The notes beneath the pieces were generated by a model. The model was not told where the DNA came from and searched no databases. It saw only the letters and a program-made list of their open reading frames with translations. A stretch of DNA of 63,995 bases, the filler included, from Hyphochytrium catenoides (Eukaryota > Protista > Hyphochytriomycota), in the NCBI GenBank assembly GCA_900088475.1. It is 12 parts of 12 records of this genome, joined end to end, with 100 filler letters (N's around TTAATTAATTAA, not from the genome) between each part and the next. Parts side by side here need not be neighbours in the genome. Positions count along the whole stretch, not along the records: positions 19,518 to 40,238 come from FLMG01002930.1; 11 more parts are not named here. One strand, written 5' to 3'. Position numbers and translations under genes: made by a program. Shown here piece after piece: positions 23,833 to 36,191 of the stretch (position 1 is its first letter; every line of letters starts with the position of its first letter).

Positions 23833-26800
23833 AGAGAGGGGGGTATAGTGTGCCCTACATACGGTGGTGGTAGGTAAGCTGGATAGCCTTGGATACACAG
23901 GTTTATTATCCTCGTATGCGATTCTTTGTGGAAAGGAGCTATCTCCTCCCACGATCGGACTTTTTTTTTTTCTGCCATCGTCCGCCTGCTTTCTCCAAAT
24001 ATTTGCTTTCTCATGCTTTTGCTTGTTGCAGTGTTTTGTCGGCGCCGTGCTCTTTGTGGTCCAATTGCTGCAGATCAGAGCGTTCGCGCGCTATCGGGCA
24101 CATTCGAAGCTTCAGTTGGGGGTGAGTTGGCCTCTATGACGCTTAGGCCCTTGCCCTGGTACTCATGCGTCCATTATAGCATCACTGTCCGTTACTTTTC
24201 CTTTCTCCCTCTCTCTCTCTCTCTCCATCACATAACTTTCTCTCTATCATTCTACTTCTCTCTTGAATTTCCCTAAGCGTCGTAATTTCCCCAGCTATTC
24301 GGCGAGTATGAGCAGGGCGGAGGCTTTGGGAGCTGGCTCTTACAGCTGCGACAAAAGCTATGGAAAAGCAGCAGAAAGGAACAGATCCGGCATGCACTAT
24401 TCCAGGTGAGACCTCACAGACCTGGAGGGAGAGGCATTGACCCTGAGACAGAAAAATCCAACGGCAACAAGAAAAAGATGCGTTCTAGACGCCGCTCTTT
24501 TTCTGTCTCTTGGGGGCCCTTCTCTCACTCACCATTTTGACTTCTCTCTCTGTAACACTTGCACGTTCTATTTTTCCCGGTTCCCGCATGTCTGTGTCTC
24601 TCTTCCCCTTGCTGTTTCGCTTTTCAAGTAGGCTGCGTCCCGCGGTAACCAGGACGAAGTGGCCTTGCTCCTGTCGCAGGCGGATAAGGAGCTGGGGCTC
24701 AATTGGAAACAGGAGATGTATCGCTCTCCTCCGCTCGTGCTGGGCATGTTCTCCTGGAGTACCAAGAATCCCCTACACATTGCAGCCTTTTTGAACCATG
24801 TCCATGCTCTCTCTCTCCTCCTAGAGGCAGGCTTCAATGTCAATGCACTGGACAAGGTGAGGAATGGCAGTTTCTAGGGAGCATCTTCACTTGCCAGGAT
24901 CTTTTTCTCTTGCCAAAGTTTGTTGCCTCTCTTTTTAATCCTAGGTGCTCTCCTCCTCCTCCATCGCTCCTTCATTTCTTACTGCACTGCTACCTGTCCT
25001 GTTGCTCTACGCTCTCTGGCTGTTGCCCTATGGGCAACTATTATCCGTTGCCAAGCCCTTTGCTTCCAATGGCGTTGCAGAGTCGCATTTCTCTTTCTCA
25101 TCCTCCCGATGCTGTTTTGCTCATTTCTTGTCTCTCTCTCCCCTCCTTATTCTTTTGACGAATTCTTTCGATGCTTCCTAGGTCTCCAAAGCTCGCATAA
25201 CTGCTGCGGAGTTCTTTAAAGTCCTGCAGTTCTTATGGCCAACGCAAGAAGACCTGCACTCTCTTTCACTCCTTTCCCTCTTCGCTGTTGAGCAGATTTC
25301 TCCCCTCCATTGCGCTGTCATGTCTGGGAACGTGGAGGTGGGATGTTAGGCACGGCGTCTGTCTCCACCTCTTCTCAAGCTTGTCAAGCTCTTTCTCGCC
25401 TCTTCTCGAAACCTCAACAGATAGCTCTTCTCCTTCGCGCTTTGTCTAACACATATCGCTTCTTCCCTTTGGCTCTTTGCTCTGTAGGCCGTAAAGCTCA
25501 TCCTGAGCTATGGAGCCGACATCGACATTATCTCCCGCTCGTCTTGGTTCTCTTCCAGAAGAGGACTGCCACCCACTTTTGCATGCGACAGTCTGCAGGT
25601 CTCTCCTCTTTCTATACTACTGCTTTCGTTGGTCTATGTAAAGCAGAGAGAGTCTATGACAGAGGCCCCCTCAGCTTTCCCTGTCACTGCGCCTATTCTG
25701 GTCTGATATCGTTCACCTCTTTATTGGTTAAGTTCTATTTGATATCTTCGCTGGTAGTATAGGATCTCCTGCCCAACCCCGACTGAACAGCCTGCCTCTT
25801 TCTCTCTTTACTCTTTCTCACTCTCTCGCCCTCTTTCTTTCTCTCTGATTGGACCACTCAGATTATGAAAGTTCTGCTTCGTCATGGCGCCAACTATTTA
25901 TATGTGGATCCTGAAGGAGGCTCCACCGTCTTGAAGAGGAATATGAAGAGAGAAAACCGAGGCCTGTCTCTACTTTTGCTTGAATGGGGTGCAGACTTTG
26001 CCCTCACTCCCCTCCATTCGGCTGCCGCCGGTACGATAGGCTTTAGATAGACGCCCCTTGAGCCCTTTCATTCCCTTTGCTTCAATACTATATGTCCACT
26101 CTTCTCTCCACATCCATGTCAACCCTATGCATGAGTCTTCGATAAGCTCTTTCTTTCTGCTCCTCCGAGTAGGTGGTCCCTCAGTATCTTCCCTCATCTC
26201 TCAGGCCCATGCAAATATATGGTAGTCTTCTCTCTTTATTGATCGCTCCTTTTCTCTCACTCTGCGACCCGCTCCCCTTCACGCATGCCCCTATCTCAAC
26301 TCTTTCCTCGCCGGCTCGTCCTCGTCCTGAGTAGCGGGCCGTCTCTCTGAAGTTGAGAACTTGATATCCATCGGAACGGATGTCGATACACTTGGAGAGG
26401 TTCACCCAGGCCTGAACCTTAGGACCCCGCTGCACTGGTGAGGGCATAAAAGACAACGAGAAGGAAAGGACTGATAAAGGCTAGGGGAGGGTCTTAGTAC
26501 TCAACCGGCCAAGACTGTGGGGGATAGAACAGGAAGAGTAGGAGGTGTTCTTTCTTACTGTAGGGCTTGCCGCGCCTGCCCACTGACACCCACACCTCAC
26601 ACGAATGAACCCTTGCAGGGCGGCTGTGATGGGCAAAAAGGAGTGCGCGGCAGCTCTTATCCAGGCAGGAGCCAAGCTTGATGCCCTCGATGCGCATAAT
26701 CGTACTCCTCTGCATTGGTGAGTCAGGACTCCTAGTGGGCATAAGGACTGATGCTTCATTACTTGCTACCCTTTCTCACTATGTCTCCCTACTTTCCAGC

Positions 26801-29800
26801 GTCTGTCTGCCGTGTCAAGACTGTTGCAGCATCTGCTGCCTGACTCTATGGCCGTAGCGGCTCTGCCAGTCTTTGGTTCCACTCACTGCTCCATTCTGTT
26901 ACAGCCAGTGGCTCTTCGTGTAGGCTTTTAGCCAGATCTCTAGCTTCTACCCATTCTTCGTAGCTGTGCCGCGTACTGTCTGCTTACCTTGAGAAGAAAT
27001 CTGTGTATGCTCATTTGGGCCTCACTGTCATCTGTTTTCTGTCGATACGCCTTATCGCTAGGGCCGCTCGTAACAATCATGTCGAGACTGTGGAGCTGCT
27101 CCTCGAGCACAAGTCCAACCCTAACATAAGTGACACGTTCGGGATGACGCCTCTTCTCCTTGCTGCTCATAATGAAGGTGCGTATGGAAAAGTGATGTAG
27201 GTGGGAATATGCCCTTAGGAAAAGGGCTAATGCTGGAGAGCAATCCGTGCTTCGAGGCTTAAGAGAGAGTGTTCTCTTGTTGCTGTTGAACATCTTTTGG
27301 GTCCACCTGCTTCCATACTACTGCTTTAGATTTTGGGTAGGAAATCTTCTTGGGCGAGGGCGAGAGCGTGCAGCATAGGTTCTCTTTTAGTTGCTGGGTG
27401 TATCGGCGTAGATACTTGCGTCTAAAGCAGATCTCCCCGTATATCCTGCTCTGCTCTACTTAGGCATATCGTTTGAGCTGATTGCTGCGATGATAGAGCA
27501 AGGAGCGGACGTCAATTTCTCTCTTCCCAACGGAGACACAGCTCTTCACATCGCACTCAAGAGAGAAAACAGGGAGACGGCCAAGAGCTTGGTAAAGTGT
27601 GGAGCCAGCATGCTGGTTACCAATGGAGAAGGGAAGAGGGCTGTTGATTGCACTACCTCTACGCAGCTTCAGGTATCGAAAAGATGCGACGGCTCTCTGT
27701 TCCCTGACATGTGGCTCTCCTTGAGCCTTACGTTTGCACTTTCTCCTCTTCGTAAGTCGTCTCTTCTCTTTCAGGACAACCATTGACGGCTCCATTTTCC
27801 TCTTCTGCTCCCTCTCTTCTTGGTCCCCACTTGGCTGCTCCTCTGGCCTCCGCTCGCCCCGTAGTTTGAAGTAAAGCGCGAGGCATCTCATAGAGATGTT
27901 ATGATCAGGTGATGCCTCTTCCCAGTCTCGCACTCCTCTCGGTCTCTTACAACGTCGGAATGGTCCCTCTTTCTCATTAGCCTATCCGTGCAGTAGCAGC
28001 AGCTCAAAGTACCCCTTGCGTTCGCCTTTCCCTCGTACTATTGCTGCGCTATCCTCTTGGCGCTCTCCGTACCAAATCTTCCTGTTCCCCCAGAGCTATG
28101 TCTTCACTTTCTTTTAATGATCTGTGCCCGCTAAGACTTCCTCGCTCCTGCCTGCCATTCCTGTCATATCACTCCTGCGTAGTACTGAGACTCATTCCTG
28201 CACATTCTTCAAACCCCAACTACCCCATCCTTTCTCTCTCTCTCTCTCTCTTCCTGCCTCTCTCCTTCTCTCTCTCTTTCTCTCCGTATCGCTCAATTTC
28301 TCTCCTGCTCCCTTACTCAATCGAATCCCCTTGTTCGCAGCTATACCCACTCTCACACTGAGATAGCTACGAAGTTGCGGAAGGCTCTTGAGTCATACAA
28401 TATAACCACCTGGATGGACCTCATGGACCCCTCGGGGATAGGAGGTGGAGCTGTGTGGCGCGAGGAGATAGCACGAGGGATAAAGATGGCGGCAGTCGTT
28501 CTCTCCATCATCAGTGAGGATTATCCCTTCAGCGATTGGTAAGCTAAGAAGAGAGATGTCCAGCGGTCGTGGCTGCGGTCGTTTTGCGTCGAATTTTCCT
28601 TTGATGACCTCAAACGTCTCCTTCCCTATCATCAGCCTTTCTTTCTTTAGACAAAAGTTGAGCTTTGGCTATTTTGTATGGCGAATGTCTTTCGCTTCGA
28701 GACTGTCTTTTGGGCTCAGACGTACCTTCTTAACTGCGTTCCGTTACAGCTGAATGCTGCCTCTTTGTTTCCATTGCATCTTTTCCATTGTCCCTCCCTT
28801 CGTCAAAATGCTTCGTTCCTCTCTCAGACATAGAGTATCGATATCTTTTTCTTCTGATTTTAAGCTTGAAAGTTGTCAAGAAACTCTCCATAACCATTCT
28901 TCCTCACTGCATTCTGGCTCGATTTCCATACAAAAGGTGCATGAAAGAACTAGCTTTCGCCCGTCATCATGGCACCGCGATTGTGGCTGTATCTTGTGAG
29001 GATTTTGGGATGACAGAGGAGCTTCAGGTGAGGTGACGAAGGCATATATGCGGTCCTTCCCTTGCGTGCCCATCTGCCCCCTTTTCAGTTTCTCCGGATT
29101 CTCCTTCTTCCTAAACACCTTGGTCAGTTGTCTCTTTCGATCTTCTAATGCCTCTTTCTGCTTTAGACATATCTCACGGGAGCCAGTATCTTTCCTATGG
29201 AGGACTGTATATTGAAGAGAGAGACGGACAGTGCTGGCAAGAGGGTGACCTATCAGTACGATGGCCCTCAATTTGAGATGACAGTCTTGAGAATAGTCGA
29301 AAGCCTCAAGATCGAGATCCTTAGAAAAGAGAAGGAGGCGGGTCTACGCCGAGGACAATGGAAGAGGATCGCTGAGGCAAGCATGATGGTAAGACAGCTC
29401 GGTTCAGTGTGTGAAAAGGAGCAAAAAAAGAGAGAGAGAAGAGAGAGAAAGAGTGAGAGAGAGCATTGAAAGAGCTTACCCGGTACACACAGTACAGTGA
29501 GGACAAAACAATAGACCCAATCACGGCGGCCAAGGGGAAGGGCGAGAGCACGACTTGCTTGGTCTCTGTCTCCCCTTTTCTTTACCATCTCGTCTGACTC
29601 TGCCGTCATTTACTCTTGTGCTGCATCTCTCCTTTGACTTCTGTTTCCCCTTTGTCCTATCTCGTGGCAGAACCTCGCAATGGAAGAGCCTTTCTTCGTC
29701 CTAGTGCACTCGGACGTCAACGAGCCCTTCCTACTAAAGCTCTACGACGCGTTAGTGGGTGCCAATATTCCCATAGTAATGCAGGAATACTCGGGTCTCA

Positions 29801-30738
29801 ACGAAGAGGTCCCTTTGAAGACTGAGGCAGAGACAGCCCTCAGCAGAATGTCCAAGGAGAAGCGCCTCTCGACCAAGTCTTCGAGTCTGGAGATTACAGG
29901 GGCAGTGGGCAAGAGCGTCGGCGTGATCTCTGTCTTCACCAATGACAGACCACAGAGTCCAGAACAGAGGAAAGCTCTGGATCTAGCTAACTCTTTCGGT
30001 CTACAGGTGATCCCAGTTATTCTCTCAGAGAATGAGCTGGACTTGGGGAAGCTCTACAGTCTGTCGAGAGACAGTCTTACATTCTTTCTCCCTGAATACC
30101 CTGATCAGTTTCAGAAAAGCTTCACAACTCTACTAGACGAGCTGCGGGAGAGAAAGATTTTCATGGATGCCACGCAGCTGCAGTGCCTGGCAATGAATCT
30201 AGGGGGAGACATGGCCTCAAGCAGTGTCGCAAGTAACAGTGGCGTCGCTGGGGTTGGCGGGCTTACAGGTACATCGAAGATTGGAGCAGCAGCTGCAAGC
30301 AACGAAAGCTCCATCCCTCCTATCTCTTTGGATGCCTCTGGACTCCCGTCAATGCCTCCAACGCGTATCCGAACCCTTTCCGGCATGCCTCAAGCACCGC
30401 CACGTCTAAAGCTTGCGAGAACCAATCCCAATCTGGGACCTGCAAGGGTGCTAAGTGGTGTCGTTCCTGGAACCGCGAATGGTCTCGGTAGATTCGCATT
30501 AGACGAGGATCTGGCACTACGGACGACTTCTGCCATTCAGAGGCGAAACTCGCGGTTATCTGGAGCTTTGATTGCAAATTCTTCCTTCAGCGTTGGCTCG
30601 GACTCCTATGTGCAAGCCACAAATCCAAGAGGAAGCACCTCTCTAACTCGGACTCGCAGCTCATATGACGGGATGACACTCTCTCCCGCAGTTCGACCAC
30701 CTATCCCAAAGCTCATCAGAACGCTGACAAGCTCATGA
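22085..30738 (+). CDS. Multi-exon membrane protein: hydrophobic TM region, multiple ankyrin repeats, TIR (TIR_2-like), degenerate TIR, disordered tail; 5' exons possibly from ~21000
   Basis: TM exons LLSGFLLVFCCSLCLLIGA (~22650), IAYLIVQFLVVASMTL (~23565), CFVGAVLFVVQLL (~24032); ANK exons KNPLHIAA..AGFNVNALDK, TPLHSAAA, NRTPLHW, GMTPLLLAA, NGDTALHIA (24631-27672); TIR RDVMIS|YTHSH..LRKAL..WMD..WREEIARGI..SDW|CMKELAFA (27865-29027); last exon 29672-30738. Confidence 0.88.
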
Positions 30739-31518
30739 AGATCCCGATGACTCAGACTAAGCAGCTCTGTCAACCTCATTCAGAGTCTCTATCTTCTTTT
30801 GCCTAGTGATGGCACTAGGAATCCTGAAGCTTTTTCGGTCTGGGGGAGTTTGGATTTCTGAAGACGAAGCTCCTTCATTTGCTCAGTTGCTCAGATCACC
30901 AGAATAATTTATTGAAGATGTCTTATTCAGTTATTTTCCAGGTGATGTGGGCGGTAATCTTAGCAAAAGCCTATGTGATCCGATTTTTTTGGAGATTGAT
31001 GTTGGGTTGTTGTACAAAAAGGAGAGGAAAAGAAGAGATGAGCACGTCCTTTCGCGGTCACTCCTCTCCCTTTTCCTTGACCCCTCACGCTCCTCTCTCT
31101 CTCTCTCTCTCCCTCCTCTTTCTCTCTCTCTCTCTCTGTTTCTCTCCCTCACTCTCTCTCTCTCTCTATCTTTCCTTCTCTTTCTCTTTTTGTCTCTCCC
31201 TTTCCCTCCTCGTTATGTTGTCGTCGGTGTGTGGTGGCTCCCTTTCTTATTGCGTGGCTCCATTTCTTCTGTCGCGCTCTCCTCTCTGCCTCCCTTTCGC
31301 GCTCCTCCCACGGTCTCTGTTCTGTGGCGGCCAGTGGTAAGGCAACCCTCTCCTCTTTCTCCACTGGTGCCAAAACAGGCCAAGCAAGCTTTTGTCGTGG
31401 CGATCACTTTCTCCCCACGCCTCTGCCCGAAGCTTGCCATTGAGCTTCTTCCCAACAATTTTTCAGAAAAGAGAATAAGGCTCAGATAAAGCGTAGAGAT
31501 AAGCTACCCTTTTAGACG

Positions 31519-33541
31519 ATGACGCTCCCTCTTCTTTCTTCGTCGGTCGCTGCCTCTTCAGGCCAGGGACTCGGCCCAGCAGCCAGCTTCGGTTCCTCTC
31601 TTCTGGGCCTTAAGAGTCTGGCTGTCAATGCTCCTCTGTCTGTCAAACTTTTTGCCGCCGCGGGCCTTCTGCTCATCCAAGCGGACGCGAGCTTCCCTGA
31701 TCCAGCCTCTGGCGCCAGCAGGATCTCTATCTCTCCCTCGATCGCATTCGGTCTTACCATCGCCGCGGGGGTTTTGGCTTGCTTTGCAGGGTATAAGCTG
31801 TTAAGGGTCTGTCTCTTCGCACTCGGATTCGCAGTGGGGACCATGGTCGGAGTGTCAATGATGGAGACGGCGCTGCCTCTTGATCAGGGCTCGCGCAATG
31901 TTATTATCGGTCTCGTGGGCATCGCCGCCGGTATTGTCTTAGGCTTCCTCATGGTTTTCTTTCTTAACTTCGGTGTGTTCATGCTTGGATTCGCTGGCGG
32001 CTTTGCTCTCGGGAGTCTCGCCTCTTTCGGGTTTCTCTATTTGATCTACCAGAGCGACCCAGCGATCATATTCTGGGTCTTTTCTGTGCTGATTGGCATT
32101 ATTTTTGGCTGCTTGGCGCTCTATTTTGAGCGACCGCTGCTAATTGGGTGCACCGCGCTGGGAGGCGCCTTCTATGCTATCAGAGGCATCGGATACTTTG
32201 CAGGCAAGGCGTGCTGTCTCCTTCTCTCTCTTCCTTTTTCTACCTGTCTGACTCTCTATTAAGCTCGCTCTGTCTCTCTATCGTTCTCTTTACTGCGTGA
32301 TAGGTTCTGTTTCGCTATCTCTGTCTGTGTGATTGACAGTCTCAAGGTGTCTTCATTGTGTGTGAGTTCCTCAGTCTTTGTTTTTTGTCTTCTTCATCTT
32401 CTCCACCTTCACCTCTCTCTCTCTCTCTTTCTCTCTCTCTGTGTCTTCTCCCCACTTAACTCTTCTTTGAATCTCTCGCCCTCGCTCTCTCCTCTCTATC
32501 TCTCCTTTTCTGTCCCCAACCTCGTCCATACCTCGGTTCCCTTTCCCTCTCACTCCCTTCCTTTCAGGATCCTACCCGAACCTGGACAATCTGACTCATC
32601 CTCAACGGCGGGGCATTTTCTATGACGTTTACGAGGCTCCTGCCTCCTTCTGGTACTACTTCGCCGCCACTCTCCTTCTCGCGCTCGTCGGAGCAGTCGT
32701 TCAGTTCAAGTACACAGCGAAGGACGTACATCACCCAGTGCGTTGCTCTCTCCTCTCTCTCTCCCTTATCTCTTTCTCCCACTCCCTCTCTCTCTCTCTC
32801 TGCTGTTTAAGTTCAAGGTCATCCGTTTGCTCATCTCCATGCACATTTCCCCCTGCCTCCTTCCTCAAATTTTGTCCCTCCTCCTTTCCTCCGCTGTCCC
32901 CATTTTTTTCTTCAGCATTGTCTCTCTTTCGTCTCCGTCTCTCTTTCTTCCCGTCTTTTTATAATACACCCTTGCGGCTGATCCTGCATCTCGAAGTCTC
33001 TCTCTCGGATCTTGTCTTTTCTACCTTACCTGCCTGTTCCCTTCTGCTAGTGCTCCTTGTCCACATGCTTTCCCTGTCTCCTCCACCTTTCCTCCTCATC
33101 TCAAGTCTCTCTTCTCGACCTTCTCCGTTTGCTCCCTTCCTCTCTTGTCGTAAGTAATGGTCCATAAAATAGGGAGTGCGTCTCCTGGTCACATAGAGCT
33201 CTCTCTTTCTTTCTCCATCTCTCTCATTTTATTCGTCCTCTGCCGTTTGCTCTTTGATATCTCTCCCCGTCCTCATTTTTGTTGTCTCTCCCTTTTCTCA
33301 ACCCTTTTTCTCTGTCTCTCTCTCTCTCTTCTCCCTTTCTCCTCTTTGCATTGTGTCACCCATAATCTCTCTCTCTCTTGTGTCTAATCTCTTCTCTTTT
33401 CGTCCACAGAGCCACGACTGGTGCGGCCGGCGGTCAGTTCCCTCTGAGTCTAACGCCTTTGCTCGCCGTCAGAAGAGTAAGGAGGAAGGGGCCGGAGGGC
33501 CCAAGGTGGCGCATGATAACTATGTGCTCCTCCATCAGTGA
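31519..33541 (+). CDS. TMEM198/DUF4203-family multipass membrane protein, 3 exons (31519-32203, 32568-~32726, ~33410-33541)
   Basis: ACFAGYKLLRVCLFALGF..GVFMLGFAGG..ERPLLIGCTALGGAF..GIGYFAG|GSYP..WYYFAATLLLALVGAVVQFKYT. Confidence 0.85.
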
Positions 33542-33576
33542 GGAAGACAGGCAGTGTCCCTCCCTATCTTCTCTCT

Positions 33577-33637
<61 letters not shown>

Positions 33638-34447
33638 GGCCCCCTTTCGTTGCTCTCTCCTTCCCCTACTGCTGGACCATTGGAGTCTCTCCGCTTCCTT
33701 TGCTGTCTCGCCGCTTCCTCTATTATCCTCTTTCTCGTAGCCAACTGGCCGCCGCCCAGATATGACTCTCCCACTCTCTCTCTCTCTTTTTGTCTGACCA
33801 ATCTTCAAATCCTCCAGCACTATAAGAGCACACTGGTCCAGTTCTTGCTTCCAAAAATTCCTCTCTCTCTCTCTCCCAGTGTCTCTCTCTTTCTCTTTTT
33901 GAGAGGTTTTTCTCTAAGCATCTAGTCTCTTGCCTGTCCTTCCCACTCTTTAGCTTGTGCCACCCATTCTATCCGCTTATAGTCCAATGAACGCCTATTA
34001 ACCGAAGTGTCAGACTTAAAAACCAAGCTCTCTCTCTCTCTCTCTCTCGTTCTTCCTGTCTGTCTCTGTCCATCTCTCTCCCTCTTCCTGTCTCTCTCTC
34101 TCTCTCCATCTCTCTCCCCTCCTCCCTCTCTCTCTTCTTTTTCTTTCTTGTACACACTGATGCTTGTCTCTCTTCCGATAGAAATCAGCCAGTATCTTCC
34201 ACTAACATGTTTCCCAGAAGAATACTTTGTTCTCTTGTTAGTCCTCCCTCCCAGTCTCTCTCTCTGTGTTATCTTTCCTGCATTCTCTCCTCCTAAAGAC
34301 GGTCTCTTTCTCTGTTTTTATTGATTGATAAATAGAGGACATTAAATAAAAGGTAGCGAGTGCCTTACACTTTCTTCAGAAACAACGCGTAAGGACCCAG
34401 GAGCAAGTCTCCCTATCTCATCTTCTCTCCCTCTCTCCATGCAATGA

Positions 34448-34492
<45 letters not shown>

Positions 34493-34634
34493 ACCCTCGC
34501 GCGCGGACACAGTGATGCTCTCTTCCCTTTGTCTCTCTCCGACTCTCTCCTTCCTGATCATTGATTAGTCGGAGGTCGTTACTATCGCCAGAGAGAGAGA
34601 AAGAGAGAGAGAGAGAAAAGAGAAGATTCCTCTC

Positions 34635-35530
34635 TTATCCCGCCTCGGCATCTTGTTCTCTCTCCACTTTGTCTATTTCTTCTTTGAGGAGAGAGAGAAG
34701 CACTGAGAAGCCAGCTTTCCGTGTAAGTTCTCTGTGGACAGAGAGAATGGGAGGAGACTCGCGAAGCCACTTTCTCTCCCTCTCGTCTCTCTCCAGGATG
34801 GCGTACAGGCGGAGAAGGATCAAGAGGTCTAGCCGCTGCTCCAGTGTCTCCTGAGAGAGAGAGACACACACAAAAAGAGAGGTGTGAGAGAAGAGAGGAG
34901 ACGGAAGAGAGAGATGAAAAAGAGAGAAAGAGAGAGGAGAGAAGGGTGACAGAGACGGACACAGACAACGGAACGAGAGGGAAATGTATATACATTAGAG
35001 AAGAGAGAGAGACACACACAGAGAAAGGGAGGACTGGCCAAACAAGAGAGAAGAGAGAGGGGAGAGACACAAAGATGAACATGGCGAAAAGAGAGCGAAT
35101 CCTTCTTTTTTCAAAGTCTGCTGACGGGAGAGAAAGGTGATAGGAGAGAAAGAAAGACTCGAGGTCTAGAAAGCAATGAAGGACAACAGAGGAAAAAGAG
35201 AGAGAGAGAGAGATGCGGCCATGGCAGGAGAGAAAGAACCGAACAGACCTTGAAGGCGAGTCTCTCTCCTCTGTTGGCAAGTGTCTCAATAAATATTCTC
35301 AGCATTGCAGAGTCAAAAAGATGCGCGGAGCTCTGAAGGACAAGCTGTCTCTCTTCCTCTTGCTTTTTCTTCTCTCCTTCTCTCGCGCGGTCAGCTTCGT
35401 AGTCCTTTGCGACATTAAGGATCTCGGATTTAATTACCTAACTCGGTTGAAGAGAGAGAAAGAGAGAAAGAGAGAGAGAGAGAGAGACAGAGAGAGAGAC
35501 AGAGAGACAGAGACAGAGAGAGAGTGAGAC

Positions 35531-35575
<45 letters not shown>

Positions 35576-35890
35576 GAAAGAGACAGACAGCAGGAAAAGA
35601 GAAAGAGAGACAGAGAGAGGAAAAGCAAGACAAAGAAGTGTGACAGTGGCAGCAGGGAAATAGAGATGATCAACAGAAGCATCTTCGCTATGTTGGGGAG
35701 CAAAATATGATCCCAACTTAGGAACAAGAGCGAGCCAGGCGAGAGAAGGGAAGAAGAGGAGAGAGGGAGAGAGAAACACCGCGGTCGAGAGAGAGAGAGA
35801 GACGAGAGGAGGAGAGGTGGAGATGGAGAAGACAAAAGCGAGAGAGAGAGACCCAGAGACAGTGACAGAGAGAGAGACACACACACACAC

Positions 35891-35940
<50 letters not shown>

Positions 35941-36158
35941 GAGAGGGCTGCTCACATCATCTAGAAGGTCCCTCGCGGCCCACTCCGTGGCCTCTTCCCT
36001 CAGTGTTTGTATGGCGATGTCCCTCAGCTGCTCCCTCAGAACCTCGCTCACCAGCTGCTCCACGCGACTGGACACCATGTACAGGGATAACAGATCCGAC
36101 ATACCTGAGAGAGAGAGAGAGACAGACAGACAGAGGGAGAGAGAGAGAGAAAAAGAGA

Positions 36159-36191
<33 letters not shown>

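Noticed and set aside
34477-34506. (CG)n tract as a Z-DNA regulatory element
   Set aside because: Short and contiguous with a CT microsatellite; nothing else supports a function.
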